From a virus (taxonomy: Duplodnaviria > Caudoviricetes), in the IMG/VR virus record IMGVR_UViG_3300046061_000016, positions 1 through 37,323 of that record: a stretch of 37,323 nucleotides of DNA; one strand, given 5' to 3'. The translations under genes were made by a program, and so were the position numbers. This document shows positions 8,041 through 17,000 of the stretch, one piece after another (positions within the stretch are counted from its first letter, which is position 1; each line of letters begins with the position of its first letter). The notes under the pieces were generated by a model that had not been told where the DNA came from, made no database searches, and saw only the letters and a program-made list of their open reading frames with translations.

Positions 8041-11000
8041 ATGGCCAACGGCGACGACCCGACCAATCCATTTGAGGCGGCCCGCCAGGTCCTCGAGGGC
8101 GACGAGGAGCTGACCGAGCAGCAAGAGGCCCCACCAGAAGGCGACGGCCGCGGCCCAACCCCATTCGAGGCCGCACGGCAGGTGCTCCAGCCGCAGCCGC
8201 CGACCCCAACCTCACGCTCTGGTGCCGCCCCATCTGACTCGGCGTTCGCGGCAGGGCTGGAAGAGGACCAGGGCGACGGGACGACCGCCTCAGCGCCGGC
8301 CGCCGGCACGATGGGCATCCCGGAGCCCGGCAGCCCGGACCCCACCGCCGACGACCAAGACGGCATGCGCAACTTCTTTGAGACGATCGTCACGGAGGCG
8401 CAGCGGGGATTTCAGATGTTTCAGATGCAGTCGGCCGCCCAGCAGGCCCTCGACGCCCAAGACCGGGGCGAGACGGCCGGCCAGACGTCCGTGTCCCGCG
8501 CGTCGAACCTTGGCCCCGGCACGATTGCCGAGGAGCAGATGGAGCTCAGTGAGGAGGAGCAGAAGAAGGCGGCGCGCAAAGCGGCCGAGACGATCGAGCG
8601 GAACGCGAACCAGCTGGAGGAGGTGGGGCAGACCGAGGCGATGAAGCAAATGAGCGACGCCATCCAGACCGGCGAGGCCAGCGCCGTGTGGAACGCGGTG
8701 TGGGAAAACCCCGAGTCGGCGGTGGGCCTGGCCGTCCAGTCGAGCGCCATGCAGCCGGACGCCCTGGCGCTAACCGGGCTGGCGTCGATGCTGGCCGGGC
8801 CGGCCGGGGCGGGCGCCACGGCCATCACCGGCGCCGCGGGCGCCAACATGGTCGAGACGCGGGCCGCCATTACGGAGGAGCTTCGAAAGCGGGGCGTCGA
8901 CCTCCAAAACAGTGAGGCGGTGATGAAGGCGCTCCAGGACCCGGGCTTCCAACAGGCGGCCCGCGAGCGGGGCGAAGCGCGCGGCTCTACCATCGCCGCG
9001 GTTGACCTGGCGACCAACCTGCTCACGCTCGGCCTCGGCCGCACGGGGCTCCGACCCTTGGCCAAGGGCGTGCTCGGCTTTGGCACGCAGACTGGCGGTG
9101 AGGCGGCGAGCGAGGCGCTGGCCCAACAGGCGGCCGGCGAAGAGACAAACCCCGCCGAGATCCTGACCGAGAGCCTGGCCAGCGGCCCCCAGTCGGCCAT
9201 CGAGGTGGCCGGGACGGCCTTCCAGGGCGAACGGCCGGCCGACGCGGCCCGCCGCAGGGCCCGCGAGCTGTTGCGGGAGGCGGAAGCCAGCGAAGGAACC
9301 CCTTCGAGCGAGGGCGGCCAGGCCCCGGCTGCGGCCCGCGCCGACCAGGTCGGGAACGACATGCGCCCGTACGCTGGCGTTGACGACGCGCGCCTGGACC
9401 GCATGAAACAGAGGGCCCGGGAACGGCAAATGACGCCGGAGGTAGAGGCGATCGAGCGCGAGCAGCGACTCAGAGAAGAAGCTACCGCTGAAGAGGCCGA
9501 TGCCACCGGAGCGACAGCTGACACGGAAGCCGACCGCGACACACCGAATCAAGACGAAGCGGGGCCCGGCGAAGCCGGCGTATCTGCCTCCGGGCGTCGC
9601 AAGGGACGTAGTGCGGCTCCAGATACGCCGAGCGACCCAGCTGCAGCGGCCCGCCAGGCGCTCGAGGAGACACAGCAGGTTCGTCAGGCCGCCCAGGCGG
9701 AGACCGATGCCGCTCCGTCTGCTGCGGATCGGCTCGGCGTAGACGACCTCCCGGAAGACCCGGCCCCCGAGATCGACGCGCGGCGCCAGGAGAGTGGCGA
9801 CGCCAGCGAGGGGGCCCGGGTCACCGACGAGGAGATTGAGACCGGAGACGCCCGCCCGGCGACGCTCGATCGAATTGCTCACAAGGTGCAGGCGGGCAAG
9901 GACCTCACGGGCCGCGAAGAAGCGGTCCGCCGCGAGAATCGGGATGCTGTAGAGCAGCGCCTGCAGGAGGCCGCCGGCCAGGCCGAGCAGTCTGAGCTTG
10001 AGGACCTCGTTGACGACGCCGAGCGCCGCACCACGCGCCCGGAGGAGCAGGTCCAGGAGGAGGTGGCCCGCCGCGAGCAAAAGGCGCAGCAGGCCAAGCA
10101 GCAGGTCGAGCGCGCAAAGGAGGACCTCCTAAGCACCTTGCAGGACGCCGACGCGGCCGAGATTCAGCGCCTGGCCGATCAAGAAGCGACAGCTGGAGGC
10201 GACCCCGAGGTGGAGCGCCTGGCCCGCATGGCGCTGGAGGACCAGGCCCAGCAGGGCACCCTGGGCGACCTGGCCCCGGAGCAACAGGAAGACCCCGCTA
10301 CGCCCCAAAAGCCCGGCCTGTTCGGGGACCGGCAGCAAAACGTGTCGTCGGCTGTCCAGGACGCAGCCGACAAGCTGCGCCAGCGCCGCGCCGGCCTGCA
10401 GCAAAAGCAGCAGGAGCTGCTGCGGGCCCGCCAGGGCCAGCCCGACGCCGAGCGGCAAGCGCGCGACGCTCAACAAGACATCGACCTTGATGACACCGAA
10501 TCCAGAGATCAACCTCGAGCTCAACCTGAAGGCGAAGGCGCTGGCGAACCTTCAGCGGCGTCTTCAGAAGAGATGGCTGAGCCAGCCCTACCACCCGGAG
10601 AAGCCGACATCCAGGTCCAAGAGCCCGTGGCCCCCACGCAAGATGAGGGCGATGGCGTGGAGGATGGCGGGGATGGTGCCGCCGAGGAGGTGGCTACGGG
10701 GCCGCACGGACAGGTAACGGCCCGCGTCGGGACGCCCGACGGCACCGTGACGCGCGCGGGCGCCACCCTCACCGACGACGCCATGACGGTCCAGCAGGCC
10801 GAGAGCCCCGAGGCGGCCGCCCAGCTGGCCGAGGAGGCCGCCCGCCGCGGCGTCCCGCTCCAGACCGATGCGGAGGTGGACCCGGAGACGGCCGAGGCCA
10901 TCACGCAACTGGCCCAACAAGGGTATGCGGCGCGCCGCCACGGGTCCACCGAGCGTGGCCCCGGCGGCACCTATGAGGCCGATGGGCCCGTCTTTCGCGT

Positions 11001-14000
11001 CCAGGCGCCCCAGGTGGACCCGGAGCAGCCCCAGCTGGAGACCGAGGACGGCTACACCGTCGGCCGTGCCCTGCGCCCCGTGACCCGCAAGACGACCCGA
11101 CCCGAGCGCCCACAGGGCCGCATGACCGATCGGCCGGTGGCCGAGCTCGAGGAGGACCTGCAGGACGCCCGCGAGCGCGGCGACGCCGAGTACGCCCAGC
11201 AGGTCGAGCAGGCCCTGCAGCGGATCCGGACGCGCTCGCGCCAGACGACCTACCGCCACGCCCGTGGCGACATCGTCGTCCAAAACCCCGACGGCCAGCT
11301 GATTGACCGGCGCTCTGCGGCGTACGAGGATGCGGTGGCCGACTACTTTGCCGAGCACGAGGAGGCGCTGCGCAACGGCACCGTCGAGCCGGCCCCCGAC
11401 GACCAGCACGGCGCCCGCGCGGCCCTCTCGTCCCGCTCGCCCCAGCAGGTCCTCGACGCGTACCGGGTGGCCCACCGGGCCGAGCAGGACCGCACCAACG
11501 GCGGCGCCCAGGCCGACCCCCAGGCCGAGGCGATCGAGTCGATCGGCCGCATCCAGACCGATTCGTTTCGCGGCATGGCCGGCGAGGCGGCCGTGGCCGA
11601 CGGCGGCGCGCTCCGCATGAACTGGCTGTCCGAAAACGGCACGCCCCTCGACGACGCCGCCCAGCAGGTCACGTCCGAGAGCGGCATCGAGACCTCGCCC
11701 CAGGACATCGTCGATCACATCGAGCAAAATCCCACCCGCAGCCGGCGCGGTGTCGTCGACGAGCTCAAAGACCATTTCAAAGATTTGACCGGGGTCACGC
11801 CCACCCCCGAGCTGGCCGAAAAGGTGCAGGCGCGGCAGGCCCCAGACGAACTGAGTGGGGATGATACCGGCGCGTTTGAGGCCCCGTTCATGACGGCCGA
11901 TGACCTGTCGGAGACCTTCGAGTCGATCAGCGAGGATGGGCCTCTCTCCGACGGGTTCCTCCTGGAGGCGATCGTGCGGCGCGTCATGGGCGAGGAGGGC
12001 CTTCCCGGCAGCGCGATCACGGTGGTCGAGACCGCATCGGAGCTGGAGGGAGAGGCGGCCCGCCGGTACGAGAACGCCATGCGAAGCGCCGGCGCGATGC
12101 AGATGCGCCCGGCCATGTTCATCGGCGGCCCCACCGCAGAAGCGGACGGGCAGGTCTATCTCATCGCCGACCAGATCGGCGCGATGGCGAAAGCGACCGG
12201 CTGGTCCCACGAGACGATGGCCCGCATGACGCTCATGCACGAGGCCGCCGGCCACCAGGGCCTGCGCGCCCTCCTGGGCGACACTTTTGAGGAGACGATG
12301 GACCTCCTCATCGACGCGGTTGGCATCGAGACCGTCATGAACGCCCGCACGGTCGGCGGCACGCGCCTCATCGACGCCAACGCCGACCTCGTCGAGCGCG
12401 CAGAGGACGGCGGCCTCACGGGCGAGAGCCGGCGCCTCTTGATGGATGAGTACCTGGCCAACATCGCGGAGGGCATGGCCGTCGACAACACGACGATGGA
12501 GACGCTCTACCAGCGCATGAAAACGGGCGTCGCGCGGGTCCTCAACCTGCGCCTTACGAAGGCCGAGTTTGGGGTTCTCCTCAACGCCGCGAAGGACAAC
12601 TTGCGGGCCGCGCAGAGCGGCAATGCGGTTCAGGGCGGCCGCTTCAACCGGCTCATGGACCCGGAGCGCCCAACGCGCTGGATGGTGCTCGGCACCGGTG
12701 CCGAGCGCTTTGATGAGGACGAGGCGCCCGGCGTAAGCGGCGTGTTCGACGGCCCGTACGACGGGGCCCCCCGGTTTGAGATCGGCGACTCCGGCGCGCA
12801 CTTCCACAGCGAGAGCCCCCTCCGCACGCTGGCCGAGGCGGTGCGGAAGCGCGAGCAAGCCGCCATCGACGAAATGATGACCGATGACCCCGAGGAGGTG
12901 GAGGATGCGCTGCGGCGCAAGTACGAGGCGATGTCGCGCGTCAACCGGATCGAGGAGACGCTCCAGCAAGGGGGGGCGGCCGACGGCCGTTCTACGTCGA
13001 TCGACCAGGTCTTCCGTCACGACACCCTCTTTGAGGAGTACCCGGAAATCACCGACCAGCTGAGCGTGCGGATGGTCGACTTTCCGCACATGGGCATGCT
13101 CGACTACGATGGGGGCGAGCTCATTATCGGGTCCAAGCTCATCGAGATGGTCAAGGACGGCGTCAAGGCCGAGACGGAGGGCGCCGTGGGGGAGCAAATG
13201 GGCAGCCTCAAGGAGGCACTGTCCACCGTGATGAAGACGTTTATCCACGAGCTGCAGCACTGGGTGCAGGAGCATGAGGGGTGGGCCGTCGGCGGCAACA
13301 TCCAGGAGAACATTCCGCGGGCCCGGAAGCAACTGACAAACGCTCAGAACGCGGCCTACAACTTAGAGCTGTTCGGCGACGCTCGCGACGCGATCAAGCT
13401 GCTGCAGGACAATTTTGAGGACCCATCCACCGCGCCCCGCCAGGACCAGCTGCAGGTCCTCGAGGAGGCCGGCGTGGAGCGCGTGACGGACGTGATGGCC
13501 CACGTGCGCATCGCCGAGCATAGCTTGGGCGCCTTGGACCGCAAGGTTCAGCAAACCAGCCGCCTCCTCGAGGCCGCCGGCGTCGACCCGACCAACGAGG
13601 CCGCGGTCGACCAGCTCCGAACGACCGACCCCGACAGCGACGCGTTCGACCGTCTTGTCCGCGATCGGGCCCATGACATGTACCAGCGCACCGCCGGCGA
13701 GATTGAGGCGCGCATCGTGCAGGAGCGCCGCCACTGGTCCATCCCAGAGCGCCAGGCGGAAGGGTTCTACGAAGATGTCGATGTGGCCTACGACCCGGAC
13801 GACGTCATCACGCGGTTCTCCACCTACAGCGAGGACCCGGACCAGCTGCGCGTCTTTGCCGACCCGGACGCGGAGCAGGAGCAGAACATGGTCGCCGTCC
13901 ACAACCTGTCAGAGGAGAACGTCCGGGTTGCGGTCCAGCAGCTGAGCGCCCACATCCCGGTCCCGTCCGTCGCGACGGCGCGCTACGACCACGGCTTTGC

Positions 14001-17000
14001 GCGGTTTGGCACGATCAGCCTGGTCGGGACGCCGAGCCTGGTCGACCCCGAACGCGGCGTGCCCACCTACGACTCCGACATCTGGAGCCCAACCTCGCCG
14101 GATGCGCAGTATGACCACCAGCCGGGCCAGGTGGGCCCGGTGCTCCAAGCGCTGAACGAGTACGCCGAGCAGACGGGCGAGACCTCGAAGGTGTCCAGCC
14201 TTGACTACAAGATCCGCGAGCAGGACGATCGAGCGCGTGCGGTGTCGCGCCTCTCGCGCCTGACCGCGGCGAAGCTGTGGTACCTCGACGAGGTGCATGA
14301 TCGGCAACCGGCGTCGATCCCGACCAAGAAGCGGTTCGGCTCGACGCAGACGCTTTTGGAGTCGGCGCCGATGCAGGAGTGGCTGGGCCAGTATGACAAC
14401 ACGAGCGAGCGGGCCCGCGAGGTGGCGGCGGAAGACCCGCAGGGCCAGGCCGCACAGGAGCTGGGGCGCGCCCTTCGAGAGGCGGCGCGCCGCAGCAGCA
14501 GGGCCGAGATCGGCGAGGTGGACGACTCGTACATCGACGCCGTCGCCGGCAGCTACCGCGCCGACGACGGCACGCTGGCCTTCGGCACGATTGACCAGCT
14601 GTTCCGCAAGTGGCGCGAGATGCAGGAGAGCCCCGAGACGGTCGACCGGATGATCCTCGACGACCGGCTGAACCAGATGATCGAGGAGGAGACCGAGGCG
14701 GACACCGTGCGGGGCGCCCTTCATCCCTGGGCCACCCGGAAGGCCGACTCGATGTTTGGCGACCCGTACCTGGAGAGCGAGCAGGGGCGCCAGCTGCCGC
14801 CCACGCTCGACAACCTGGTTGAGGTGATGACCGAGCGCAGCGTGCAGGCCGCCGAGGACGGCATGCTCACCACGCTGGCCAACGCGCGGGCCGCCGGCGC
14901 CGAGCGGTTCGGCTCGCTCGAGGAGGTGCAGCAAAAGCGCGGACGCCTCCGGTCGAAGGAGCAGTTCGACCAGGTCAAAGAGGAGCTGAAGGGCGACTGG
15001 GAGGCCGTCCGCGAGCAAATCCTCCCGCACTACGAGCGCGGGCGGGCCACGCGGTCGGACCTGAGCAACCGCTTGAGCGCCCGCGACGACGTCACGAAGG
15101 CGCTCGGCGAGATGATGCAGCGGCGCCTGTCGGCCGAGCAGGCTCGCGTGTCGCTCCAGCGCTACGGCTTTGAGGACGTGCCCGCCACGGCCGTGAAGGA
15201 ATTTGTCCAGTTCGGCCGCACGCTCCAGGAGAGCCCGACCCAACATTTTGAGTCGAAGCCCCAGCGGGCCGTCGCGCTTGACGAGTTTGTGGCTGCCATC
15301 GTCCCGAACACCACCGACGAGGAGGTGAAAGAGATGCTGGCCGAGGAGGTGGGCGAGGTGCGCGAGTACACCGACGGCAACCTCGAGGAGCGCCAGCGCA
15401 CGTTTCAGGAGGCCAGCCAGGGAGTGCGGTTCCAGTCCCTCTCGACCAGCCAGATGGGGCACCGCTTCCACACGGTCAACAGAGGCAAGCTGCACCTCCA
15501 GCAGCCAAGCGCCGGGGGCGAGGTGATCGCGCTTCACGACATGCACCCGGACGCGATTGGCTGGATCGTCGACAAGATGGACGGGCACATCCCGGCGCCC
15601 TCTGAAGTGATTGCAGAAGGCGCTGACGCGACCGCTTCGGAATCCGGGCGCGTCAGCCTGACGGCACCGTCTGGCACGATTGACGCCGAAGCACTTGCTT
15701 CGGAAGCGATGGCTTCGGATGCGACTGCTTCGTTGGCAATCAGTGACTTTCGCACTGCGATCGTGCCGGAGAATCTTCGTGAGGAGCGGGTCGAGGACCT
15801 TATGCGCGCCGGCCTCAGGATCCGCGAGTACGGCACCGAGGAAGGGCGCCGCCAGCGCCAGGCCGAGATGGATGAGGCGCGGTTCATTACGCGCGACTTT
15901 TCAAGAGGCGAAGCCGGGGACGGGGGGCCATTCGCGGAAGGCGAAAGCGACGTGCCGCTCCAGCGCCCCGAGCGCCCGCAGACGCTTGGCGACTACTGGA
16001 CGCTCTTCAAGGCGAAGCTGCGCCGCCAGTTTGCGACGCGCGGCGACCTTCCCGAGGACGTGTACGAGGCGGCCGAGGGGCGGCGCGGCCAGATCAAGGC
16101 GTGGCTCCAGCGCATGAACTGGGCCCTCACCGACTTCGAGGCCGCCCTCCAGAACACGTTCGAGGGCGAGGCGCTCACGACCGAGCAAAAGGAGCGCATC
16201 AACGAGGCGCTGTCGAACGGCTACCGCGAGGAAGACGTCCAGCAGGGCGCCCTCTTCGAGGGCGATCCGCAGATCGAGTCGGCCGTGCCGATGACCGAGT
16301 TCTGGTTCAGCTCGATCCCGCGTACGCCCGAGGCGACGCGCACGGAAAAAACGTACATCGAGGACCTGCCGGAGCCGCTCCAGTCGGCCACTGCCGAGCT
16401 GCGCGACATGGTCGACGCGATGAGCCACGCCGGCATCCAGACCGGCCTGTTCCGGGGCCAGCTCAAGGCCGTCGTCGAGCAAAACATGGGCACCTATCTG
16501 ACCCGCTCCTACCGGATCCACAACGAGGAGAGCTATGGCGCGGCGCTGCGCCAGGCGGCCCGCGAGCTCGGCGCCGACGAGGGCATTACGATGGACCCAG
16601 ACGCGGTGCCCGAAGATGTCCCCGCGACGGCCTGGAACGGGGCCGTCGGGTGGTTTCGGCAGAACCACCCCCACATGAGCGACGAGCAGATCCAGGCGCG
16701 CCTCCTGGAGCTACTCAATCAGGAGTCGCAGGCCGACTTTGCCGGGGGGCGCACGCTGGGCAGCGTCGGCTCCGCCATTTATGAGCGGCGCAGCGACATC
16801 CCCGAGGCGCTGCGGGCTCTGCTCGGCGAGTACGAGGACCCCGCGGTCAACTTTAAGCAGTCGATGGTCAAGGTGGCCACGGCGGTCGCCAACCAGGCGC
16901 TGCTGAACGAGGTGAAGAAGAAAGGGCTGGGCCGCTTTCTCTTTGGCGAGTCCAAGGTGGTCGATGGGGTCTCCTACGACCAGAAGATTGCGGCGGAGGG

